Source: Adineta vaga
Taxonomy: Eukaryota > Animalia > Rotifera
Direction: 5' to 3'
DNA length: 64,000 nt
Assembly (NCBI GenBank): GCA_021613535.1
Contig: CP075495.1
Coordinates: forward strand, 9,858,001-9,922,000
This document shows, in pieces, positions 11,485 through 22,431 of this stretch. The notes beneath the pieces are model-generated. The model was given only the letters and a program-made list of their open reading frames with translations, was not told where the DNA came from and did no database searches. Position 1 is the stretch's first letter; each line of letters starts with the position of its first letter. The position numbers were made by a program, and so were the translations under genes.

Positions 11485-13266
11485 ATGTTGATTTGGAAGA
11501 AACGATCTTGTCCAATGTTTGCCTTCGCTTCGTTCATTTTTATTCAATTCTGTAAGACTCAAATCATAACAACGGCAGACTTTCGTCCATCAGATATTCA
11601 AATAAGTATGATGATCTTCTCATCGTTCGTTATCTCTCTTTTCGTTTTCTAGCACCCGATCTAGCTGTTATAAATTCCACCGATAAAATCAATTTTACGT
11701 GCATCAATTATCGATCAAATAATTCCATATTAGAAACTAATTTATCCAAAATAATTCCAACAAATGAAATTCAATTATTTACGAAGAAATTGAATGAATC
11801 CGCGCTTCATATTCGACTTGAATCTACAAATTATGTTGGAGTTTTTCATTTATTATGTTATTCCAAAGGCGAGCAAAGTAAAGGCAATCGTGCTGATATT
11901 ATCGTCATAGGTAAAGAAATAAAATTCGACTTCTACTGATATCATTTCTCGCCTGCTCTTTTTCGTTTCTTCAATATATATATATATTGACGGTCGCGAT
12001 AAAAAAATACTCAAAATGTCTTTTTCAGCTCCGCCAGGTGTACTTCAACTTGCTGAAAAATGCAGCGTTTATGATAGACAATATATCAAATGCGTAATTC
12101 GAGCTCCAAATATTGCACGTGCTGTTCAAAATGATTATCCACCTAAATTTGACTTTCAAGAAATAGCACATTCGTAAGTTAACAATCAAAGAAACGAAGG
12201 CAATGAATATATATATGTTCTGTTTCTTTATATTTCGATAGTGCCGATCGTTTGGCTTATCGACCACGTTTTGAATTTTTGAAAAATGAAAGTACAAACG
12301 AAAATTTAACATTTCGATGGCAACCAACGGTCGATGGAGAATTTCCTAATGGAGTACGAATGCATATGAAAGCAATGTTACCACATTTTGAAAATTCATC
12401 TTATTTTTTCGATATGACACCCAGTAAGTTATATATTTACAATAGATATTAAAACGTTTCTTGTTTAATTTCAAGTCTTTCGAATAACACCAAAATTTAA
12501 TTTACAAACGTTATCATCGAGTAAGATTCAAATGAATATTGAACCAATTGTTCCCACACCATTTTGTGAAAAAAGCAAAATGTCAAATCTTCTTTCAAAT
12601 ATAAATCAAGTAGATAGGAAATATTTTTATCAATAAAAATCATCTTATTTTCTGATCTTTAGACTTGGACAGTTGTTGATCCTGATCAAAATAAATCTGT
12701 TTTTACAAATCTTATTCCTGATTCTGTTTATCGTATATGTATGAAATGTCGACAGACTTATACTGATCCAGATGGTACTGAACAATGTCAAGATATACGA
12801 ACATTCAGTCGATTTCGTAAGATATTTCTATTTATTTTCTTCAAAAAACTAATTGATTATTATTATTTTATTCCTATTTCAGATTGGTTTTTTCAACATC
12901 AAATCTTTCTCTACTTGATGATCTTGGTCTTTGCTGTATTTCTTTTTGTTGGCTTTATCTTTTTGTAAGTATTTTGATATTTTCATTTCAAATTTATTCA
13001 TATTCTTTGTGTTTAGTTTGAGAAAAAAACGACCTAGTTATGCTAAAGTAAAACATTGTATATCACGCAAATCTTCGACTATTTTCATAGATAGTTCATC
13101 CGATGATACCGTTTCAGGAACTGAAGTAAATATAAAATAATATCGTATACTCTTTTTTATCCTATTGTATTCATTTTAGCAGGATGATAGACGATATCGT
13201 TCTATTGCAGATATACACAATGTTATCCAGCAGTGTGCTTCACCAGAAATGTTATTACCAATTTGA
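11485..13266 (+). CDS. Single-pass Ig-like + FN3 receptor-like protein, paralog B (about 9 exons)
   Basis: Same ectodomain exon layout as paralog A: INFTC...FHLLC, KCSVYDRQYIKCVI, LTFRWQP...FP...DMTP, NLIPDSVYRIC, then TM IFLYLMILVFAVFLFVGFIFF and a tail ending SPEMLLPI*. Alternative start at 11515. Confidence 0.75.
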
Positions 13267-13565
13267 TTAGATTTTGTTTTGTTTCTTTTTGAAACAAATT
13301 TCGTGTATAAATCTGGTCATGATCATTTGTATAAAGTTTGTTTTTATTTAAGAAAATAAATTGATTTATTTTAACATAAAATTTCAAATATGTTATTCTT
13401 ATTTAATCTCGTTAAAAAAGAAAATATCATATTCTATTGCTTTATAATTCATCAATGATCGATTAAATTGGAGTATTAAGTATCAGAAGAGAAGAAAAAC
13501 ATCAAAATGAAAATTTTATCGTAACGAAATCATATTCATTTTTTTTTCAAAGAAAATATATCGTC

Positions 13566-14438
13566 ATGATACTGATCACCTTTCTTTTCTTATGGATATT
13601 TCATTGTTCGATTGATCGTGTTTATACTGATCTACCAATATTGTCATCGAAACAAAATCAAGTATGGCTTGATGCTGTTTCACAAATCAATCAAATCACT
13701 GATGAACCATGGATTGTAATTCTTGAATTGGGAAATGCGATGGACATTCCTCTATATAATAATCGAGATGATAGTATCATTCAAAATCGTCATATATTCA
13801 AGCAAAATATCAATAAACGAATTGATTGTTATCTATTTGAAAATCAATTAACTTCAACAACATCATCATCATCAAATATCTATGATCTATGTCGTGAAGG
13901 ATTAGTAACACAAGAAATTCAGTCGAATATGGCGGGTATTTATGTATATATAGATGATGAGATGAATTCTGGTTTAGGTATCATTCTTGTTCGTATCACA
14001 AATTCATTTCAATGGTTTAATGGTACAAAATCTTATTCATTTCGAAAACAACCAACATTACAAAATGGCACTCAGCTTTCATTAGCATTTGAAACGACAC
14101 TTTATTATAATTCCAATAGTGATTTGATTTCTTATAATCAACATATTGACAGTATTATACAAGAAGCAACTATCTCTATAGAAAATAATGATCTTGCTAA
14201 TAATCTACAAAACTTCTTCTCAATGGATAAACTATCATGTCAACGACATGAACAAATTGTTGATGATAATTTACGTTTATTGACCTTTGTTTGCATAACT
14301 AAAGTTACATTTAAATGCCCATTGACAGTTGGTTCAACGTGTTGGATTGAAAATAAACGAATGTCAAATATTGTATTGAATATCAATTCATTAACTTTTG
14401 TCAGTGATAGAACAATTACTGTACGAATTGATGTTTAA
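13566..14438 (+). CDS. Intronless secreted protein of unknown function (290 aa)
   Basis: Long uninterrupted ORF in very AT-rich DNA, hydrophobic signal-like N-terminus (MILITFLFLWIFHCS), several Cys. No family recognised. Confidence 0.7.
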   Translation: MILITFLFLWIFHCSIDRVYTDLPILSSKQNQVWLDAVSQINQITDEPWIVILELGNAMDIPLYNNRDDSIIQNRHIFKQNINKRIDCYLFENQLTSTTSSSSNIYDLCREGLVTQEIQSNMAGIYVYIDDEMNSGLGIILVRITNSFQWFNGTKSYSFRKQPTLQNGTQLSLAFETTLYYNSNSDLISYNQHIDSIIQEATISIENNDLANNLQNFFSMDKLSCQRHEQIVDDNLRLLTFVCITKVTFKCPLTVGSTCWIENKRMSNIVLNINSLTFVSDRTITVRIDV

Positions 14439-14735
14439 AAGGCAAATCTAATCTAATCGGGATTGTTTGATTTTTCAAATAAATAAATAAAACAGATGAT
14501 ACACTAAGTTTTCTATTGAATTCAATGTAAATAGACCAGAATCTATAGACATCATTGAAATTTTCATTAGAACAGAGACATCTATATCTTGATTGATCAT
14601 TGGTATATTGAAGAAAACTAACTTTATTGAATGAATCATGTTGTAATGTTCTGTTATGTGGCACTTTTTTTCCTGCTCACTCACCGATTTTTGTTGTCAT
14701 TATCTTTGATTCGCAAGTAATATAACATTGTTAAA

Positions 14736-17103
14736 ATGTCTTGGTTATTAAAACAAGCAGAAGATATTCTTAATCGAGTCGATCAACAAGCAAATGCAAC
14801 TATTAATCAACATAATACAAAACCATTATCAGAAACATCAAATGAAGATTCTAAAACGGATTATTCATCATTAACTTCAACAAATAAATCAACTCGAAAC
14901 ACTACTTCTTCAAATCGATTAACTACTAGTAGTCGTCGTCAGAAGAAAAATGATGAAACTGATCTTATCGATTATCTAAATAGTTCAACATCAAGCAATA
15001 AGAATAATAATAATAAAACAACTCGTAATACTACATCAAATACTCTCCTTAGTGATTCAGCACGTACTGCTAGTACACCTAATTTAGTTACAGATGATAT
15101 ACCTGAATCGACAGAATTAACTGCATCGAAATCAGTACAGTGACACCACGATCGATCACACCTGCTGTATCATTTCATAACGATGAAGGTGATGATGAAG
15201 GTCTAGTTCTCGTAAGTTAGAGAAAAGAATCATGCATTTATTTTCTTTATGTTTTTTCGTATTTTCTTGTAGAATATTCCATCGATAAAAGATTTCTCAA
15301 ATGATAATAATACGGATACAAATTCGGGAAATGATTCGCATGTATCATCGAATTTAAAAGATGAAATAATTACTTCACTTCAAAATGAAATTCAAATATT
15401 AATGCGTGATAAACGTCAATATGAAAATGATTTACAAGTATATAAACGTCAACAAATTCAATATCAACATCAAATTGCTGAATCTGATGCATTATTACGT
15501 GATTTACGTTCACGTGAAACAGATTCTATTGAAGTTCTTTCTACCAAAGATTCTCAAATAGCATTATTACGTGTTCGTCTAAATGAATCCGATGAATTAG
15601 TCAAAACAAAAACATCGCAATGTGAACAACTACAAAATCAATGTGCACGTATTTTACAAGATCATACAGATTCTTCTGGTATACAATCTCAAGCATTTGA
15701 TTCTCTACAATCACGTATAACACAATTAGAACAAGATTTACAACAACGTAATAGTGAAAATGATCGTTTAATTGAAGAAAAACATCTTCTCGAAAAACGT
15801 TCAAATGATGAAAGACAACAATTACTTGAACAAATAAAATCTGCAGAAAAACGTTTAAATGACGAACGTTTACAAATTCATGAACAACAACAACAAACTA
15901 AACATGCAAAAAATTTAACACATCAATTAGAACAAGATATGAATGAATATAAAGCAAAAGCACAACGAATTTTACAAACAAAAGATAAATTAATTACTAA
16001 GTTAAAAGAAATTATACAACATAGAAATAATGTACCAACAATCGGTGATCAACAAGGTAAATCGAAGGGAAAACAAAACATAAAAACAATTTTACATATT
16101 TTGTTTTCTTGTAGATCTTGAAACGCTTGGTACGACGAGTGATGATTCTACTCTTCTTGATATTAATTTGGTTGGTAATTCGCCGACATTACCCACATCA
16201 ACTTCATCGAATTGGGCTTTCGCTCAATATGAAGAAATTAAAGCTGAAAATGAATTATTTAAACAAGAATTACAAGCACGAGAGTTAACAATTCATACAT
16301 TACGTAGTGAACTTCAAGAAGCTGAATTACTTATGCAACAAGCAGATGAACAATTACATGAACAAACCAATCATTTAAATGAACAATTGAAAGATGAACG
16401 TTCACGTTTAACATTATCAGAACAAGATTATCGTCGATTAAAACAAGAACTAACCTATGCACATGATGAATTACATAAACAAAAACAAACACATTTAACA
16501 CAATTAAACGAACGTGAACGAGAATTGGAACGTCTTCGATTACAATTAACAGCTAAAACAATAAATCATGTAAATGATGATGAATTAGAAAAACGTTTAC
16601 AAACATTAACAGAATCTTTAATACATAAACAAACAATTATTGAAACGTTACAAACAGATAAAAGTTCATTAACTATGCAATTAGAACGTTTAGAAAAACG
16701 TTTAGATGATTATGAAAAGATTTCTTCAACAACACCAAATCTAAGTCATTCTCATCAACAATCATCCAAACGTTTTCCAAATACTTCAACATCCGTCGCT
16801 ATTGACATGGATAATAATGGTATATATGATAATGATCAAGAGGAAAATTTACGTTATCGTATTCCATTACTACGTGAAACACCATATGATCCCGATATTG
16901 CAAAAAAAGTGAAGAGAGCTGCAAATGAACTTGATAAACTTGGAATTCGTTTAGGAATATTTTTAAAACGTTATCCAGCTGTACGATTAGGTGTCATTTT
17001 CTATGCGATACTTCTTCATTTATGGACATTAATTGTACTGTTTACATATACACCTGAAGTTCATGGAAATATGCATCCACTTGATTCGTCACATAAATTC
17101 TAA
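14736..17103 (+). CDS. GOLGA5: Golgin-84 (golgin subfamily A member 5)
   Basis: N-terminal MSWLLKQAEDILNRVDQQA vesicle-capture motif, long coiled coil, and C-terminal KRYPAVRLGVIFYAILLHLWTLIVLFTYTPEVH anchor. Apparent frameshift or weak splice donor at about 15135. Confidence 0.92.
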
Positions 17104-17366
17104 GACAGTGATATTATATAGAAGCTTTCAGACGTTTTTCTTAATGTGTATATTATTATTTTCCGGGAAATAAGGATAAGAAACAAAAAAGATATGTAGA
17201 TTGAATATTTATTGAAGTTTCCTGCTACGCCGATAGAAATTGTGTTATGTATATTCTTTTTCAATTCATCACGAAAAATAGTATTTCCGTTTCCTTCCTC
17301 ATAAGACTCGATTTATTTGACATATTAAAAGTGACAACAATGAATTATATTCAATGTCAGTTTCAT

Positions 17367-19002
17367 TTATACTCCATGTCGCATAATTTGATATTGACGT
17401 CGTAGTAGACGATAGAGCATTTCAACAAGTTCCATGATGGACAAGAAACTAATACCGATCCATAATCCTGAATGACCACCAACATTGGAAAGAACATCAA
17501 TTGCACTAATTGATGCTTCTTGAGTATAATTTTCAATCTGAATAGATTCACATACAACATCAATTGCAACGAAATTTTGTTCCACTTCAGTTAACCAGCT
17601 AGTATTCCAATTCGATGGTAATGGTGCAGAATTAGATTCAGCAAAAGCTTTACTTAGATAGGCATAAGAAGTTGACGGTGCTTTTGCTGAAGATGGAGTT
17701 ACAAGAAAGTCAATTTTCGTACATTCTTGAGTGCAACCAGAACAATATTCATTTCGAATTTCCGTGGAATTCGAAATTTCAATAGCAGCTTGTGGATAAC
17801 AAGGATCTGCGTAAGAACAAACTGACGCTTGCATAGTCGTATCTGTATCAGGTAGAACAATCGAACGAGCTGACCATTCCAACGGACTAACACATCCACA
17901 TTTTTGATAACTAAAAAAGAAAAAACAATGAGATGAGATATCAAATGGAATTTCACTTGCATATATGCTTGAGTACAAAGTGTAATACAGACACTTTGTG
18001 AATAAGTATAATCGGCACCTTCATATCGATCAAACATAGCTTTCATAGCTAGAGGTATTTTATCTGTGCAATCAGTATAGGGTGCAGATAAAAAATAATT
18101 CGCTTTCTTTCTATAACCAAGTTTATGCTTTAATCCCGGTGCTAGATTTATACCAGCGATATCAATTTGCGGTAATTGTGTATTATCATGTATCATTGCA
18201 ACGACTCCAGAAGACACTTCTATTGATTTTCAATAACAAAGAAGAATGTATTGCATTCGTTTTTTTTAGAAAGTTTTCAAAAACATACCTTCGGTAATAT
18301 ATGGAATATATAAATGACTATGTGTATAGAGACGTAATTGAAGTTGACCTGAACCACCACTATCACTTGTATATCGAACAGCATTACTGGATGTATCCTT
18401 CATTTTAGCATTGAATGTATAACACGAGCCATAATGAGAAGATAAAAATGAGATGAAATCATTTGCTGTACATTGTTGTCCATTATATGTACAGTTTATT
18501 AACATCGAATCGAGACTGAAAAAATATCCAGCCACAGAGTCATTTTCATTAAGCCTATATCGCAAAAATCTCGCACAGCAATTGCTTGTGCTAGAGTGAA
18601 GGTACTTGTATCATTTGTGTTTGTTATATTCAACGAATTTGTATAAGCAAGAAAAGAACGAATTACAAGATCATAACGAGCTGGTGCATAATTACAAAAT
18701 GTAACAGCAGGAAATGGTTGTGATTGTTCAACGACATAGGAGAGAGTTGTTTGTGTTGGATAAGTAAAATAGTCTTGAATTGATTTAGTAACAAAGAAAA
18801 CCATAATACCAAGAAAAATCAAAAATGAAATAGTCCAAAAGAAACGATTATGTTTACTTTGACTACGTGCTATACCAGGTAGACCATGAGTAGAAGTATT
18901 TAAAGCAAATTCTCGAATAATAGACCGACGTCGAGATTTTGGTGATCCTGGTTTCCATGCTTCATGACTTAGAGAATTGGTTGAGATTACAACGTTACTC
19001 AT
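17367..19002 (-). CDS. DEG/ENaC (ASIC-like) amiloride-sensitive channel subunit; apparent 1-nt frameshift at 18564-18568
   Basis: STHGL pre-TM1 motif, TM1, FPAVTFCN, GSCYTFN, Cys-rich thumb, and TM2 LSNVGGHSGLWIGISFLSIMELVE with a GxS filter. Two short introns. Confidence 0.92.
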
Positions 19003-20849
19003 TGCTATGAACGTTATTCTCCTGAATTATTTAGTAAGAATACGAATACACCATTTTGAAATTATTTTTCTTTTTTTATGAAAAGGATATTTTCGTCCCA
19101 AATCAAGATGACACTTGATAGGAAATTAGAAAATTTGACACCAGGATGATTGTTGCTATTAACAACTGTATATTACGTCGTAATTTAAAATATATTCTTT
19201 TTGAAAAATTACTTATATAATGGTTGCTAGTAGCCTAGTTTTCAATTTACATGAACTTGACGTTTAAAAAAATTAAAACTACATAGAAATAATTATTTAG
19301 AGAAACGTTTATACAGAACAATATTCTTGTTGACACAGACGATGCTTTTCTTCTATGATTGCAGTAATGTAATTGTTTTTTTTTGTAAAAATCTCATATC
19401 AAAAAGTTTATTTCAAGCAATTAATGATAGCATACCTAGAATAATTCGTTTTCTGGTCGAATGAAAACCACATAAGATACATTCTTCCAGATTTTTATTC
19501 AGTATAAAGTAAAAAAAAAGTTCCGAGAAGATGTTTTAGAAGACAGCAGACTGTCAAATGAAATGTATTAAAACTTAATTTTAATAACTATCTTCTTATC
19601 GTACAATGACAGTACCAATGTTTGCAGATCATTAGTAAATTATTCTCAGGAAAGTTTACAAGAATTGAAAGCAAAGATTTCAAATACAGCGTTTAAAATA
19701 ATGACCACATGAAAAGGAATTTTTGTCAATCAACACCTTCAAATTACACGAAATGACACTTCATCAATGTATCTTGTAAATTCATTTGTACAGAAAGCTA
19801 GTTTACACATAATTGTAAATGTAAACATAGAGATATTGGAAGTTTTCGAATTCATGAATATGAATTCTTTTCATTGATAAATTTTTAAAGAACAAGATTT
19901 CACAATTTTTTCACTGTATGTGTTCTTCTTGTGTATCTATCAACAATCATACATCACGTTATTTATCATTTGATAAACATGATTATAATTAATTATTATC
20001 GAAGAAAACCTATAAAATAATAATTTTGAAAATTATTATATATTCTTAGGCAAATATTTTTATAATACTCATTAGAAACGAACAATACGATAATGTCACA
20101 CTGTTCTGTTCTTTTCAAATTTCTCTTGATAACAACTAAAGTTTTATCTTGACTGTGAATATTGAATGAGAAATGACAAGAAAAAACTGTATATAAAATA
20201 TATCTTAACATATGGTAATAAAAGTTCGCGTTACAATCGTTAGTTCAACAATGAAACAATAGTATCTTTTGCGATACTTGTCAGTACTATTCTTTCTCCT
20301 ATAATCTTGTGAAATATATGATTTCGTAACTATATGATTCAATCATAATTCAAATTATAGATGCAAACGATGAATAAGTGTTTTAGTTTTTTCTCATTAT
20401 TATATATTAGTACTTTCTTCTTCTTGAAACAACAGTCATATGTAAAATATATCATTTGATCTGACAAGGTCACAGTATAATTATGAAAATGGGTTTAAAA
20501 AGCCTGCTATCAAATATAGCTTTTGTTTGAAATAATCTTCAATTCATTCTTGTCACTGTCATGTCTGAATTTTTTCAATAAAATAATCCAAATATTACTT
20601 GCTGTTTATTTCATTTTCTTTTTCATGAAATTGACAATGATATATTTATAACCATTATCTCATTTATTTTGTGTATCAGTGATACTAGACGACATTTAAT
20701 AATGATAAAGAAAAAAAGCTTTTTGTTTTGTATGACAAGATTGATCCCGCAAATCTTAACAAAAACAAATATATTGATAGAAATAAATGATTGTAGAATA
20801 TATGTTGAGATCAATTTATTCTTTTCTTGTTTGATATTCACTAGGACAA

Positions 20850-21143
20850 TTAACGTTCATCATTGTAAGGTAAGCATAATTTTCGATGGATACCCGATGC
20901 TGTTACACGTGAAAAATAACATATACGTGGCATTAATACGTTACGTCGTTGAATGTTTGTCGGAGGTACTGATGGTTCAACTCGAAAGATCTTGTTGAAT
21001 GCTTGATGATTGATATATGGCTGCATGTAGATTTCATTATCGTTTATAGAATCAGGTAAAGTCATAACAGGTAATCCATTGATGATTGATAGTATAGAAT
21101 AACAGATAAATATATAGAAAATGATCGAAGTATTAGCAGACAT
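20850..21143 (-). CDS. Small secreted prepropeptide (neuropeptide precursor-like)
   Basis: Signal peptide, spacer, dibasic RR site, then a 30-aa C-terminal peptide NVLMPRICYFSRVTASGIHRKLCLPYNDER with two Cys. TATA-like element upstream at about 21200-21207. Confidence 0.7.
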   Translation of the reverse strand: MSANTSIIFYIFICYSILSIINGLPVMTLPDSINDNEIYMQPYINHQAFNKIFRVEPSVPPTNIQRRNVLMPRICYFSRVTASGIHRKLCLPYNDER

Positions 21144-22431
21144 GGATGGTATTAATCAAGACGGAGTAGAACTGAAAATAATGCTAGAAATAAGCGTTTA
21201 AATATAAGAAATAAAATGAGCGAATGGAAACCATTTTTTTCTCTCCTCAAAATTTATTTTCATATACAACATACGGATATCAGCCAGATGTTATTCGCAC
21301 ACTTTGCATTTATAGAGAAAGCTGATTATATTTTCTATTTTTCTCGAGTTGCATTTCTTATGCGATGAATAGCATGATATTCTAATAAATTAGAAAAAAA
21401 AACTGTATAACTACATTTAAATAATAATATGACTCTATCAATTACGATATTCTGAAAGAACGTTTTCATCTATACTGATATTGGTTTAACTATCTACCTA
21501 ATTATTGTTTATTATACTGCGTTACAATAGAAAATCTTAGCAAAAATCAAATTATAATATAGCAAACGGATAGACTAGTTGTTAACTATGAAGAATACGA
21601 TATTGTGACTAATATAAAATACTTATCTAATACGGTGTATTAGTATCATACTATTTATTTTCTTTATGTCTCTTGATTATTAGTTCTCTCTCAATACGCC
21701 ATTCAAGACAACAATTTGAGCGCGTGAATCGAGAGAACGGAATGTCACTAAATTGTTGTTGAAGAACTTAAAGCTTGAGTATGGAACATTTTTATTTGAT
21801 TTTCAATATAATATTTCGTTTCTCCGTCATAAAACACAGGTTCATTGGTAAACTATGACTGTGAAGATACTTAAAATGAGTCCAAGCGCGAAAAAGATTC
21901 CTACTTAATTCTTTACAGATAGTTGAAAAGATAAATAGTTTACTTATCTATTCGATCTTTTAGAAATATATTTTTACTATACATGACGAGAAAGTTTTTG
22001 AAAAATAAAGATCGATTCAATCGTTAACATAGGAACTGTCCGACTTTTGTCGAAATCAAAAAGGTACTGAGTAATAAAAAATAGAAAGCAATGAGAGACA
22101 GTCGATTGGCAGCTGTTAAGAAAACTTTGACATATACTAAATTCAAAGAATAATCATGAAACACTAAGTATGATCATAAGAAATATCTCTTATAAGTACA
22201 TAATAATATTCAAAAGCTTTCAAAATGAATATGCGCCATCATCCTACGCATAAAATATCTTGTTGCAGATGTTTAGAAAGGAAAATTTAATTAGAAAATT
22301 AGAGTATACAGATGAGTGATGTTTGCAGTAATTTATTTAAAAGACGACAACAGTTAGTTTTCAAGAAGGCGAACGATAAATATTGACTAAGTACAAATGA
22401 AAACAAAATCTTTTATTTTTAGTCCTTTTAT

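Noticed and set aside
21702-21763. Imperfect inverted repeat (ttcaagacaacaattt … aaattgttgttgaa), possible miRNA or MITE
   Set aside because: About a 15-bp AT-rich stem with a long unpaired loop, no target-site duplication and no second copy; compatible with chance.
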